Assembly (NCBI GenBank): GCA_951406725.2
Contig: OX597820.1
Coordinates: 16,492,001 to 16,556,000 of the forward strand
Length of the DNA stretch: 64,000 nt
From: Octopus vulgaris
Lineage: Eukaryota
Direction of reading: 5' to 3'
A program made the position numbers and the translations under genes. Under the pieces are notes generated by a model. It made no database searches and was not told the origin of the DNA. It was given only the letters and a program-made list of their open reading frames with translations. Position 1 is the first letter of the stretch. Each line of letters begins with the position of its first letter. Positions 1 to 13,489 of the stretch are shown piece after piece.

Positions 1-821
1 ATCACCCCACCCCACCAATACTTAAGTCTTATATTTTATCAATCTCTTTGCCAAACCTAAAACTTACAGGACTTAAAAGGGAACACCACAAACAACAGCT
101 TTTAGACAGGTGCAAAGACACACACCTATACACCGAACATGGTGTACTTTTGCAACTTCCAGCTACTATGGTCCACTCACAAGGTATTGGTTACTACATG
201 CAACTTGACTAAATGCTGCTGCAATTCTAAACTAGTTTTTTATGAATAAATTAAGACCATAATCAAATTATGTGTATATAATTACAATGTGGAATCTTTC
301 TCGGCTGACCGAAATATCTATAAAGTGACGAACAATATGATGGTTTAATGTAAGAGAAAACACTACACAGCATCCATCACACAATAACCTGAATCAGAAC
401 CAATATCTAAAATCCAGCACCAATTGGTCTCAGGTCAGCTGCTAAAACAGATTCTTTTCGCATTCCTCAAGCTTTAAAAAAAAAAAAAAACAAGAACTCA
501 GCATTGTAAGCTAACCTGATTGTAAATAAACATATGTTAAAGCTATTTACAAGTGGACTGAATCAATGATATTTAACTGATTTAGTGGTGGTACAGATCA
601 GGAGATATAAACTGTCAACCCTTTGGCTAATAAACACATATTCTATCCTTTCTGCCATGAAGTGCATTACAGAAGACATTTTTATTAGATGCAGTCAAAA
701 GTCTGCAAGGTTTTCATTTTTCACATTTGCTTTACAAAAATAAACAAAATATGAAAATGGGAAAATGCAAAGGAATCAAAGTTCAAGGAAGGTCGTCTGT
801 CAGTAAGTTACAAGTTCAAGT

Positions 822-1768
822 TTAGCCCTTTAGCATTTTAACTAACCTTATCTAGCCCAAACATTCTGTTTAATGTTCAATCACATAGAGTTCTATATTC
901 AAGAGATGAGGAATTATGTACATTATTTACATTCGACAGATATCTGTCCCTATCTTGTTTGTTGTTAACATGTTTCGGCTGATATACCCTCCAGCCTTCT
1001 TTAGGTGTCTTGGGGAAATTTCAAACCTGAGTTCTCATTCCTAAGGTATTTTTCGATGTTATTATTATTGTTAAGGTCAATGCTTGGAATCGAACTTGGA
1101 ATCTTGGGGTTAGTAGCCCGTGCTCTTAACCACTATGCCGTATGCCCATGGGGATATAGCATAGAGCTTAAGAGCATGGGCTACTAACCCCAAGATTCCG
1201 AGTTCAACTCCAAGCACTAACCTGAACAATAACAATAATAACAACAACATCGAAAAATACCTTAGGAATGAGAACCCAGGTTCAAAATTTCCCCCAAGAC
1301 ACCCGAAGAAGGCTGGAGAGTATATCAGCCAAAATGTGTTAACAACAAACAAGATGAGGACAAATATCCATCAAATGTAAATAATGTAAACAATCACATC
1401 ATTGAAATCTCAAAGCTACAAGATAATGACTGATTAATTCAAAACAATGTGAATAGATAAAGCATTACATGCTGAGAGAGACCGACATGTCACAGTATAG
1501 ACTCAGCGCTTCCTCTGCATGTCATAAATGGCGACTAAAGGTGGTTGAGGTAGGATTTTGCAATCGGACCTTGTAAAAACCCTCAGCAGCAATAACGAGC
1601 CAAACAGACCCATGGGCTGGAGGGTTGTTGCCTGAGTGGTGCAAAGGTGTCATCCGCTGGGGGTAAGGGAATCACAAACAAATGGAGGGGGGGGCAGCGA
1701 TGCACTGCTCCCATACTACTACCACTACTACTACAGTTGGCAGAGTAATCTGAACGCTAAAGGGTTAG
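822..1768. mobile_element. Older piggyBac-type MITE hosting nested insertions
   Basis: Termini ttagCCCTTTAGC ... GCTAAAGGGttag; interrupted by the HHR-SINE (887-1388) and another repeat (~1475-1735). Confidence 0.5.
887..1388. mobile_element. Palindromic tRNA-head + hammerhead-bearing SINE/retrozyme-like element (head-to-head inverted pair)
   Basis: The arms ~917-1147 and ~1151-1388 are reverse complements. Each has a tRNA-like head (...ttaagagcatgggctactaaccccaagattccgagttc(g/a)a(t/c)tcca) and a degenerate HHR core. The same family occurs at 5141 and 60215. Confidence 0.75.
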
Positions 1769-1907
1769 GGCAACAACACATAAATTAAGTGATACTGAAG
1801 TTTTAAGTGGATAAAATGGATTTATACTGACAATCCATGCCAGCTCGGAAACCAGACATGAAATGATGATGATGATGATGATGATGGAGGCATAGAATGA
1901 GGTTTAC

Positions 1908-2155
1908 CTTTTCAAATGATTTCAATGTGACATCATATTTAAGACGTGCATTAGGTGGAATATTGAATTTAGCATTACCCTCTTCACCATATGCGTACTT
2001 TGCATCAATTTCAATATTGGAATGTTCATTAAATTTGAAATGTTTCACAGCTATGTCTAAACCTTCAATAATATCTTCTGCATTGCCTTCTCCAATAACA
2101 AATGTCACATCACGGTCTTCAAATTGTTTATCTTCATAGTACCCAATATAATGAA
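1908..2155 (-). CDS. FKBP4: FKBP4-like coding exon 4 (FK2 domain); gene continues beyond window start
   Basis: (V)HYIGYYEDKQFEDRDVTFVIGEGNAEDIIEGLDIAV...YAYGEEGNAKFNIPPNARLKYDVTLKSFEK; acceptor ttctccag|, donor AAG|gtaaac; 248 nt, phase 1 to 0. TPR exons were not found in 1-1900. Confidence 0.92.
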
Positions 2156-2232
2156 CTGGAGAAAAAAAAAAAGAGAAGTTAATTATCAGAGATCAAACAC
2201 TGGACAAGGCATTACATTTCAAATCACTTTAA

Positions 2233-2453
2233 CCCTTTCGCTACTGTATTTATTTTGAGATTTTCTGTGTTTCTCTCAATTATTTTAAATATAACAAAGA
2301 ATTTAGTAAAATAACTTAGTTATCATTAAGGTAGTGTTGGGAACATTTATTGTGACTAAGGTTTAGTGGAAGATTTTAATTCAAAACTTAGGAAACCAGG
2401 ACATTTGTACTACAGAGACAGAACCGGTTTCAGCCGGGTTGGTAACGAAAGGG
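2233..2453. mobile_element. piggyBac-type MITE
   Basis: TTAA|CCCTTTCG(c/t)TAC ... GTAACGAAAGGG|TTAA gives terminal inverted repeats with a TTAA target duplication. Confidence 0.8.
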
Positions 2454-4953
2454 TTAAGTAACGAATACTCTCTTTACTCTCTCTTTTACTTGTTTCAGTC
2501 ATTTGACTGCGGCCATGCTGGAGCACCGCCTTTAGTCGAGCAAATCGACCCCGGGACTTATTCTTTGTAAGCCCAGTACTTATTCTATCGGTCTCCTTTG
2601 CCGAACCGCTAAGTGACGGGGACGTAAACACATCAGCATCGGTTGTCAAGCAATGCTAGGGGGACAAACACAGACACACAAACACACACACACGCATATA
2701 TATATACATACATATATACGACAGGCTTCTTTCAGTTTCTGTCTACCAAATCCACTCACAAGGCATTGGTCGGCCCGGGGCTATAGCAGAAGACACTTGC
2801 CCAAGATGCCAAGATGGGTTAAGTAATAAACAAACTGATTTTTTTCTTTTGTTCAACATATCTATATCCATTCATTTCAAGCTTCAATTTTGTTTTTTAG
2901 TGTAAATGCAATGCATGTTTGTTTTATAATACACACAAACTTGTTTTTTATTGCAAAATACAAATCTGATATTTGCCAAGCAACAGACGAACAATATAAC
3001 TCCAATGGAGAACCTGCAAAAGCCCAAATGACTGTTTGACTCCATATACTCCTCTGAGAATTTCAATAATAATTTAAGCTCTTATTACTGTCCAACTACT
3101 GGATTGACTACAAAAGCGTCAAGTATGGATATTTTCAGCATGTAACTATTCTTGATGGTTCAGCTGCATTCCTTGTCTTCATGTCTTCAATCTCACTTTT
3201 GGCCATTCAGCTGTTGATTTTAAGAGACAAACTCTCAGTTCAATCTCCATGGTATAACACCCTGTCTTTCTCTCATGCTTCTCTACCATTCAAAAAATCC
3301 TTATAAAATATTCATATCTCTTCTCAACTAAATAGCAATGAGCCACAGTCATTATATTATACACTTCTCTCTATTTCTTTATTACCCACAAGGGGCCAAA
3401 CAAGGACAGACATAGGTATTAAGTCGATTACATCGACCCCAGTGCGTGACTGGTACTTAATTTATCGACCCTGAAAGGATGAAAGGCAAAGTGGACCTCG
3501 GCGGAATTTGAACTCAGAACGTAACGGCAGACGAAATACCGCTAAGCATTTCGTTCGTCATGCTAACGTTTCTGCCAGCTCGCCACCACTAGTGTCACCT
3601 TCGTTACCAGTATCACACAGCTTTTCAATACAACACAAAATATCTCTGATTTCCTTGTCACAGAACATTGGCAATCATCCTACTTTTGATTACCCATTTA
3701 GCTCCCTGGTATTGATCCTAATTACCCCAGTATTATCTACATTGCCATTCCACTACCAATAATATCTTCTATCTGACTGGAACCTTGCACCATCCACAAT
3801 CTGGGTTGTGACTTACAGCAGGTTGTCTCATTGAAACTCATATTTATATTCTATGCTCTCTATCATCTCATTATCATATGCAACACAAATTAAATATTTT
3901 TATGAAATTACATCTAATGGACTTTTCAACTTCCATACTTCCTTTTCTAGATTATCTTGTCACAAAGTCCATCTAGCTGGGCAGTACCGCCCCCTGGGAG
4001 CAGTGGAAAGACTTAGAAAGGGGAGGGCTGAAGAAAAGTGGGGGTGATAATGAGGTGTCAAAATGGGGGGTAATGGATGTAAAAAAAAAAAATTAAAAAA
4101 ATAATGGGTTAATTAGGTTAATTTTATGTGAAATATTTGTTGCAGAAAATTGTCTGTCTGTAGTGGTGAGTGATGGGGTGGCTAGGAAAGTTGCATGGGT
4201 GCCAAGAGTGTGGCAGCCTGATAAAGTTTCGGAACCACTGGTCTAGCTCTTATGATGAAGTCACAAGGTCAAAAATCACATACTGAGAGATACTGTCTAC
4301 AACAAGGAAGAACTTCAGTTTATCTAGTTTCCTGATAATAAAGAAGATTAATTGGTTTCTTCAGGTTACTGTTGCAAATGGGTCATTTGACTCAGAATTC
4401 CAAAAGCCTTGATCCTTCTACATACCTTGTGCCATATCTGCAACCTCCATGTACAGTGGAGTGTGTATATATCATATGCATATGATATGTACAATTGTGA
4501 GCTACAAGGTAGTCCCACTGGTGTGACAAAAAGAAAAAAAAACACCCAGTAGACACTGTAAAGAGGTTGGCATCAGAAGGGTGTTGAGCTATAAAAATCA
4601 TGCCAAAACTGAAACACTGGAGCAAGGCAGGCTGGACCCTGTTGAAATGCCTGACCCATGTCACCACAGAAAGTGGATGGGACATCACTCACACATACAG
4701 ACAAGGATATATGAAATGCCAAACATCCATGTAGCAATTATAGAAGCAGCACTTCAATACATGAAGTGAAAGGTAAAGAGTCATAGCATGGTTTTCCAAT
4801 CCCACAAGAAGTGAATGAGGTCTAAAAATTTACAATAAAAAAATCATTTTGAGTACTTCTAAGTAAAACATTTAATTAGTGGAGCCAATAAGAATAAAAT
4901 AAATAATAAAATATGAACAAAATAACCAAATGTAACAAAGTTTTAAATCTTAC

Positions 4954-5049
4954 CATTTACAGTAGCACCATCATTTGGTGTGTCCGTGCCCTCTCCTTTT
5001 GAGATCATTCTCCTTATAATGCTGTCATCTTTTTTAGGAGACAAATCCT
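4954..5049 (-). CDS. FKBP4: FKBP4-like coding exon 3 (start of FK2 domain)
   Basis: Not in the ORF track. Manual translation (E)DLSPKKDDSIIRRMISKGEGTDTPNDGATVN; acceptor (T)n-cacag|, donor G|gtaaga; 96 nt, phase 1 to 1. Confidence 0.9.
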
Positions 5050-5140
5050 CTGTGAAAAAAAGAAAAAAAAAGAAATGGTTAAAATGAATTTACAAATACA
5101 ATGTAAGTTTTCAATTGGGTTAAGAACTGCCAATATCATA

Positions 5141-5293
5141 AAGTTCTATATTCAAGAGATGAGGAATTATGTACATTATTTACATTTGACGAATATCTGT
5201 CCTCATCTGATGAAGGCTGGAGGGTATATCAGCCGAAATGTTGTGTTAACAACAAACAAGATGAGGACAAATATCTGTCAAATGTAAATAATG
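5141..5293. mobile_element. Internally deleted copy of the HHR-SINE palindrome
   Basis: Shares the agttctatattcaagagatgagg start and tgtaaataatg end. The left arm is fused at 'catct' to CTGATGAAGGCTGG...CAGCCGAAA (5207-5238). Confidence 0.75.
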
Positions 5294-5343
5294 AGCCAAT
5301 ATTATATTCTCGTTATTTCTAAAATGAAAGTTAAAAAATTTAC

Positions 5344-5508
5344 CTTTCCAATCAAAAAGTTCTACTTCAAACACGAGAGTAGCATCTGGTCCAATTTTGT
5401 CAAGAAAACCTCTTTTTCCGTAAGCATAGTCAGATTTGCAGGTGAAACGAGAAAGTTCACCTTTCTTCATTGTAGCTACACCAATATCCCATGCCTTGAT
5501 GACCTTCT
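5344..5508 (-). CDS. FKBP4: FKBP4-like coding exon 2 (FK1 domain C-half)
   Basis: (E)[54 protein letters not shown]; acceptor tttttaaag|, donor G|gtaaat; 165 nt, phase 1 to 1, consistent with both neighbours. Confidence 0.92.
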
Positions 5509-5724
5509 CTTTAAAAATAGAAGAAAAACAAAAATAAGCATAGAATAATAAAAGAGTTGACTTGTATTCAACATACCTTACAAGAAGGGATATTTCAAAA
5601 GTGTTATTCACTCTCTGCAAACACTGAGTATACAAAAATGTTACACAGAGACAGTTCAGTAGTGCAAGCACAACTAGACTCTTCATATGACTTGTAGGCA
5701 GGTTTTATAACCTAGGTATACTAA

Positions 5725-6121
5725 TCTCTATATATATAAAACTAAAGTTGTCTGTGTATGGCAGGTTTGGTAGCCTTCAACTAACACTATCCCCTCCAAG
5801 GCCCTGCGGTGCAAGTTGACAAAAATTGAGAGTATGACAGAAGAAGGCTTGCTCTTCCTTCCGTAGAAGAAAAAATTCAAATCGGACAATGTTAACACCA
5901 AAAATTATTTACATCAAAAAGGTGCATTTTTTTTTCTATGAAAATCCCTATTTTTTACGATTTTTTTACTACTGTGTCACCATTATTCGGTGTATTTCAA
6001 CCAGAAAAATGTTCACTTAAAGAGAATAACAAGCTACATGAATGGAAAATTTTTACTTTTCAAAAATTCCAATTCTAAAGGGTCGAAAGAAACCCGAGCA
6101 ACGCCGGGCGATACTGCTTGT
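5725..6121 (+). mobile_element. Non-autonomous Helitron-like element
   Basis: 5' TCTCTATATATATAAAA; 3' hairpin CCCGAGCAACGCCGGG followed by atactgct(t/a)gt. The same 3' end occurs at 47553-47581, 48750 and 49927. Confidence 0.7.
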
Positions 6122-8699
6122 TAGTGATATGGCTGGATTGTTGTAGTGAAATATCCAGTATGGAGGACTCACAAGATAAAAATTATCAGCTCCATAGTCA
6201 TATTTTACAAATACAAGAAAGACACCTCATAGTTTGTATGTAGTGAAGTGATGAAGTTCATTGTTAGAAATGGTCTTCTCTTTCACATCATTATCATCAC
6301 TGTTTAAAGTTTTTCATGCTGACATGGTTTGGTTTGGACAGTTTGACAGGAGCTGGTCAGTCAGGAAGCTGTCCAGACTCCAACTGTCTGTTGTGGCATG
6401 GTTTCTACCGTACATCGTGGTATGACAACTGATTTTCTATGAAAATCCCTTTTTTTTACGCAGGAGGGGCTGGGGAATCCAACTGTCTGATTAAAACAGA
6501 GCATCATGTAGCTCACAGAAGCCTCACAGAAGCAATGTGATTTCTGCTCAGTGCTCTGAATGTCAGAGCAATATTTTAGTAATTATTCATTACTTTGTCA
6601 GCAACAGAAACATTTTGTGAATACAACTGAAATAAAAAAACATGTTTAGGTTGAAGTTTAGAGAGCTGCTGGTGTGTTGACAAACTTCCCATGTAAAAGG
6701 AAAACTAGGTGCTACTTTGGCGTGTGATCTACAAGGGAGATTACTTTAGGTTACTTTTTAGTTTACTTATCAATTTCTAAAAAACCCATAAGATATTAGC
6801 AAAAGATTTTTACAATGTGATCAGCAACAAGACAAAGGCAGTTGCATTTTTACAATGTGTCAGTGCCACTTTCCATGTGATCTATGTGAGCAAATTTACT
6901 ATCCGCTTATTTTAATTATTCTGTGGTTTTCTTATAATCAAAAGAGTAACAATTTTGAAAAAATACATTAACAAAGCTAAGTATGTACAAAATAATTTTA
7001 AAAGTAACCTAAAGTAATTTCCGCAAACTATGTAAATAGAGGGATTCTATACAAACATTGCACATGCGTGGCCTGTTGAGTCTTAAGAGAAACAAGTTGC
7101 GTCTGATTCACTGAGTGGGTTACGTTAGCGTCTATAAAAGATAGAGTGATGTATGCAAGAGAGATAGCACTGGTACTGATGTGATACAAATAGGTGATCA
7201 ATACCAGACAGAAGAGTGCTGTTTAATGGCAATAAATGGAAGGTGCCTGGTGAGATTAGATCATAAAATTGTTTATGTCTCCTAAAAGACTTGAAGGCAA
7301 ATGAAAATAAGATGCTTAGCATCCAACACATACCAACATGGAAATAATGAACAAGGCAAAGTTTTAAACAATGGCTTAAATTGGCAAAGAAGTCATTCAA
7401 ATGAAAAATATATTAAAATATATACACACTATCATAAAATATCAATGTGTGTGTGTGTGTGTGTGTGTATATACACATCTAAGTCTGTATGTGACTGCAA
7501 GTATATGTGTGACTACACAAGTTCTATAGATTGATCCAAAAGCAGCTCAGCATTTAATCAGTATATTTAATTCCATTTAAACTGTTTGCTTCTTTAGTAT
7601 TCTTTTTTCTGAAGATCTTTCTGGTACATTACAGCTAAGCTATTGTGCATTCACTATATTCACAAATATCCAACAGAAATCTTTCTTCAGATCAAAACCA
7701 ATTTATTTTTGAAACATTAATATACAGAGTGTCATTCGTGTATGTTGAAACAAAATAGTTTCAGTAGAGTTGTTATTTTTCAGTTTGTCAACAAATTATC
7801 TGCTTACTTTGCGCCTTCAAAGACATGTGAATTTAGAGATCCCTTGGTAAGGGTCAGCTACAAGAAGAGGATCAAGTTGTGAAACAATCCCTCAATATTC
7901 ATTTAACCCTTTCTAGCACGGAAAAATGAACGTAAACTTAATGTAAAACAGACTTACTAATAATAGCAGTTTGTAGTAAAGAAGAAAAAAAATGTTTCTT
8001 CCAAATAGTTGAAGTCAAGTCCAGACACTTCTATTCACTCCATAATAAATTTAAAAAAACACTCCAAGCCATTAGGATCAAAGCCCACCCAAAATTTAGT
8101 TGATTAATGGCATTTAAAGTTCTGTTCTAAATGTAAGTCTCAAAGTTAGACAAGGGAGGAACCTGTGTCACTGCAGAGGATGGCCAACATATCAAACAGT
8201 ATCAACAATCTTGAACTAAGAAAACTTACAATGGTACACCTTGTCACAAGCCAACATAACAGCAACATGATAGTAATTCATAACTGAGTGAAAATTAATA
8301 GAAATGCAATAAAAAAAAAAAAATCATAATTCCAAACTAGATAAGCTACATTTTTTTCACTGGTGTCAGTCACTGAAGCATCACCCAAGAACTTTATTTC
8401 TCGGAAGATAATAAATGTAGACATTGGTGCAAGGGGAGATAATTCAAGCCGACAACTATAGCAAAACTCTTGTTGGACATATTTTTTTATACATGCTGAT
8501 ATAAACATTTGCATGTGCATCCCTATGTCCATAAATTTATCAACACACACATCTATTGTGTGTTTCAATCAATGGCTACAACCATGTTGAGGTACTACCT
8601 CATCCATGTTGAGGCACTACTCCATCCTATCAACCTCAGCACTTGTGTGTGTGTGTAATTTTATCGACAAAGTATACTAGGATCAGCTTGGCAACGTCT

Positions 8700-9305
8700 G
8701 TGAGAAAAATAACATCATGACAATTCACTGAGCAAGAAATTTGGAAACGACATGCTGTACTGCTTGGCATTCACACCGGAAGCTCCATTACAAACATTTC
8801 AGGGTGTTTTGGGTGTCAATATGAGGACATGTACCGAGAGTGATAAAAATCAAACATCGAGTCAACATCACGGTGTTTGGAGTGATCCCTAGTGATGGCG
8901 ACGTTATACTTCCATTCAAGTTCCCTCACGGCCTAAGACTCAACACAGAGGCCTACATCAAGTGCTAGGAGGAAGTAGTGTTGCTCTGGGTCAATAGGGT
9001 GGCTGCTGGAAGACCCTATGTCTGGCAAAAGAACCCTGTACCATGTCACACAAGGAGAACCCATTTATGGATGTTACAATTTCTGCAACCACTTCACTCT
9101 TAACATCTGGCCACCCAACTCCCCAGACTTCAACTCTTTTGATTATGTGTGGGGCACAGTTGAGTGAGAGACCAACAAAACTCTTTGTAATACCAAAGAC
9201 GAACTGAAGGCAAGGATTATGGTGGCATTCACCAACTTAAACAAAACCGTCCTGGAGAGTTGCAGGAGATTCTGAAGTCGTCTGGAGGCCATGGTTGAAG
9301 CCATT
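8700..9305 (+). mobile_element. Degenerate Tc1-family transposase remnant
   Basis: tggccacccaactccccagacttcaactcttttgattatgtgtggggc = WPPNSPDFNSFDYVWG; frameshifts and stops elsewhere. Confidence 0.75.
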
Positions 9306-10290
9306 TTTACTCTTTGGTCAGGCTATTTTCATAAATCCCTAACTCCAAGTACCCTTACCACCTCTCCACTCATGGATATATCAGAAAGAAAAGCTGAATT
9401 AATATGTTCACAGTATTTATAGAGCTGCAGGGAATGCCAGATATTGATTAAGAATAATTACACATATCGGCCTTAGGGCCATTCCTCAAAATTTTCATTA
9501 TGTTTACTCCCTCAGCCTTTTCTAAATGATCAATGAATTACCCCACAAAACAGCAGTTTATCATAATGAGCATAGTATGTGCTCTCCTGTCGTTCAAACT
9601 TGTACTGGTCTGGTGCAACAAGTGTCAAGAGCTCAGTAGTTACCAGGATACAAGATTTGTACAGAGTTACCTCCTCTTACATGAGCAACTAAGAAGTTAA
9701 AAAGACCTCATCAGCCCTAGGTACGTTAGGGTGCCTGTGAGCGACTTCCTTCCAGAAGCAATTCTTTGACAGGCTGACTAACCCGTAGCCGGGACCTTGA
9801 CAGGTGCTACCACTCTAGATCTGAGTAGACTTGGGAACAATAGGGACTAAGGGGTGATTCCATACTCCTTGAAACTCAAACTCCCAAACCAGGGCTTCAC
9901 TATCAGTTGCAGTTTTGAGTCATACCCAGTCCAACCTGTTGCCAACCCTCACCTGTTTCCAGGCAAAGTAACATTTCACATGGTCAGATATGTTTTCCAT
10001 GGAAGACTAGAAACAAACATCGTTTGTATGACAGTGATGCTTGTTTACACACACAAACAGGCTTCTTTCAGTTCCTGTCTACTAAATCCATTCACAAAGA
10101 TTTTGTCAGCTCGAGATAATAGTAAAAAACACTTTGCCCAAGGTGCCCCACAATGGGACTGAACCTGAGATCATGTGGTTGAGAAGCCTCTTGAACCCCC
10201 AGTCACAATGCACCTATTATGAATATATTTACATCATTATATTCATCAACCAAATTGGGAATATGTGTGTACATGCTCTTATGTACTTAC

Positions 10291-10504
10291 CTTCTCCAAG
10301 AGCAAAAGAGAATTTCTCTCCACGGGACCGACTGGAATCAAATTCAGATCCGTCCAGTAGGGTTCCAACATAGTGTACAATAACAGTGTCACCATTGGTG
10401 GGTTGTTCCTCAGAGGTAGCTGGCCGTAAAATCTCTTTAATGACACCACCATCCTGTTTCGGTGTGATATCAATACCAGCGACTGTAGTCTCCTCTTGAG
10501 TCAT
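10291..10504 (-). CDS. FKBP4: FKBP4/FKBP5-like peptidyl-prolyl isomerase, first coding exon (FK1 domain N-half)
   Basis: Translation MTQEETTVAGIDITPKQDGGVIKEILRP...GDTVIVHYVGTLLDGSEFDSSRSRGEKFSFALGE is a classic FKBP52/51 N-terminus. Donor G|gtaagt follows 10291. A pyrimidine tract and cag acceptor end at 10554, implying an upstream non-coding exon. Confidence 0.92.
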
Positions 10505-10958
10505 CTTGGCACAGAACTGCAGCAAATGGATTTGCTTCGATTCCTGTAGGCGTCTGTGGAGAGAGGGAAAATAAAATGCAAAAAAGGAACTTAGCAAGAT
10601 TTTTATAGAAGTTAAACAAGCAAAATTTCATAAACCTATTATAAAAAAATAAATTATATATAGATAATGGGAAACTGTAGTAGAGTTAAATTAACTAATT
10701 TCTCAGTAGTAATCATTTTATTTTTTAAGTGACAGAATAAACAGACAATTCCAGACCTCTCGTGTGCGTGTGTGTGTGTGTGTGTAAATATATAATCCTT
10801 CAAATGATATTTATCATTCACTGGATGGAAACTATTTTTGTTGATTCCACCAATAACAGAACAATAAACAGTATGTATAGACACACACACACATATATAT
10901 ATGTGTCTATATATACAGTGTATTGCTGTTATTGGTGGAATCAACAAAAATAATATTC

Positions 10959-11006
<48 letters not shown>

Positions 11007-12394
11007 CATATATATATGTGTGTGTGTGTGTATGTATACACATACATTTTACAACTACTTTTCTACACTAGCAGGATTGCAGAGGGGTTTATTTCTGGCA
11101 GCTCTCCTTGGTACCAACTCACTGTTTTTTCAATGAAGGGATTTCTGTTTCCAGGGGTCCCCAAAAGTACAGAACAACTGGTTATAAGGTCACCAAAGTA
11201 TGACATTACCTCCACTTTGCACAAGCAGAGACAAGCTTGGAAATCAACAGTCTTGTACAGACACAGACACACGTCAATAGAAACCTATTGCCAATGTAAG
11301 AAATTCTTTTTTTTTTTTTATTTCCTGCTGTGGAGCCAAACTTTCTCAGTGTTAGTAAAGTTTCACCACTGTTTGCCATTAACACTATGGTTCAGCTTAA
11401 AACAGCAAATTCCTCATTCCAACTGATAAGACTCCCTTGACTATTCAGCAGCCAAAGACCAACTTTCCAATGAACAATTTCATTTATAAGCTAATTAAAT
11501 CTCAAGACTATAAAGATTGAATTTTCCCCAACTTTTCCACTTGATTCAATGATTGTCTGGAAATCTAATAAGCCGTTGATATTCTATGCAGATTTTAGTA
11601 CACAAAGCTTATGCTAATCAAGAACTATTAATTTCCTTTATTCAACAGATGTCACATCAATTTTCATTGTTTTGGGATGCCAGCCACAAAGCAGTTTACA
11701 AGTGAATAACATGTAGCATTGGTAATAATATTTGTGCCTCATTGCACCACAGCACAGTTAGATAAAAGTGAGAATTTTGGATATGGTTTACCATACCCAA
11801 CGTAATTTTGTTTTGTGATGCCAAGGGCTACAAATGAACAACATCATCATTGTCACATATACTTTTCTGTGCTCGAATGGTTCAGGTAGAATTTGTCAAG
11901 GCAGACATTCTATGGATGGAAGCCTCCTGTTACCAGCCGTCACCGGTTTCCAAATAAGGTAATATTTCCCCACGACCAGACTTGTTTTCACAGAAGACTG
12001 GAAATGACAAACACTGCTTGCAAGACGCTGACACTGGTTTATAACCATCACACAATGTCAAAGCAAGGAGACAGCAACACATACATACATACAACAGGCT
12101 TCTTCCAGTTTCCATCCACCAAACCCACTAACAAGACTTTGGTTAGCTCAAGGCTTACAGCAGACATTTGCCCATGGTGATATGCAGTGGGATTGAACCT
12201 GGAACCATGCTGGGAAGCAAACTTCTTATGTTACAGACATGCCTGCACCCATTATAGTAAACACTTTTTCTGAGCTCATTAACAGAGACCAATTAGTGTT
12301 TTATAACTTATTTGCTAAACTTGATCATTACAACATAATTACACACATACATAAGTGCAGAGTGGTAAGTAGCTTGCTTAACAACCACATGAGA

Positions 12395-12628
12395 GCATGT
12401 ATCCCTGAAGTGAAGAAGTGGCTGAAAGAACAGTCAACAGAATTTTACAGGGCAAGGATATATGCTCTCATTCGTAGGTGGAACATTTTTATTAAGAGAA
12501 ATGGGGACTATGTTGAGAAGTAGGGATGGGATTCACAGAGGACCAGCTTCATTTTGATGTATGATACATGTTCCTGTGTTGGTAATTATACCTGTCCTAA
12601 ACTAAATGGCATTACTTTTTGTCTCACC

Positions 12629-12633
<5 letters not shown>
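12395..12633 (+). mobile_element. mariner 3' end fragment
   Basis: EVKKWLKEQSTEFYRARIYALIRRWNIFIKRNGDYVEK* followed by a TIR-like attactttttgtctcaccctc|ata. Confidence 0.75.
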
Positions 12634-12685
<52 letters not shown>

Positions 12686-13489
12686 CAGTGTGTCTGGTTA
12701 CACATATTTAATAAAGAAAGTATATGCATCGTGCTGTTTCACTTCTATTATAATGAAAGTAATACAATTAGTGAAGGTGCTAATATTTTATTCCACCAAG
12801 GCGGCAAGCTGACGGAAATGTTGGCATGCCAGGTGAAATGCTTAGCTGTATTTCGTCTGTCTTTACATTCTGAGTTCAAATTCTGCTGAGGTCAACTTTG
12901 CCTTTCATCCTTTCGGGGTCGATAAATTAAGTACCAGTTATGCACTGGGGTCGATGTAATCGACTTAATCCGTTTGCCTGTCCTTGTTTGTCCTCTCTGT
13001 GTTTAGCCCCTTGTGGGTAATAAAGAAATAGGTATTTTGTCTGCCTTTACATTCTGAGGTCAAATTCTGCCACGGTCAACTTTGCTTTTCATCCTTTCAG
13101 GGTCGATAAAATTAAGTACTAGTTGCCTGCTGAGGGCAATCTAATCAACTGGTCCTGCTCCCCAAAAATTTTGGGCCTTGTGTTTAGAGTAGAAAAGACT
13201 ATTCTATTCCACCCTGCCACTTTATTACAATCAAATTGCAACCTGAGTGATATGTTCTCTTTCTCCCTCTCTGAAAACTGTCAAGTGTTCAAAGAATTGT
13301 TTTCCTCAAAAAAATTCTTTAAAACGTCATCCAGTTATTTTTCTGTCAACTGGTTTTTTTGGGGAGAAGTGGGCAGCAATTCTGAATGCTTTCTTCACAA
13401 ATGGCAATATCAAACAAGTCAGCACATAACATGATTATGTGGTTTATACAAGCAAAATGCAGTTACAACCAAAGGCAAGTGTTTGTGTG

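Noticed and set aside
440-490. Possible FKBP4 exon after a poly-T/aag acceptor on the minus strand
   Set aside because: The phase-0 frame hits a stop after 9 codons and does not resemble the expected AKESWEM/TPR1 sequence.
2410-2649. Recurrent [28 protein letters not shown]... (also 44149, 61524 and others)
   Set aside because: Chance open frame within SINE family A.
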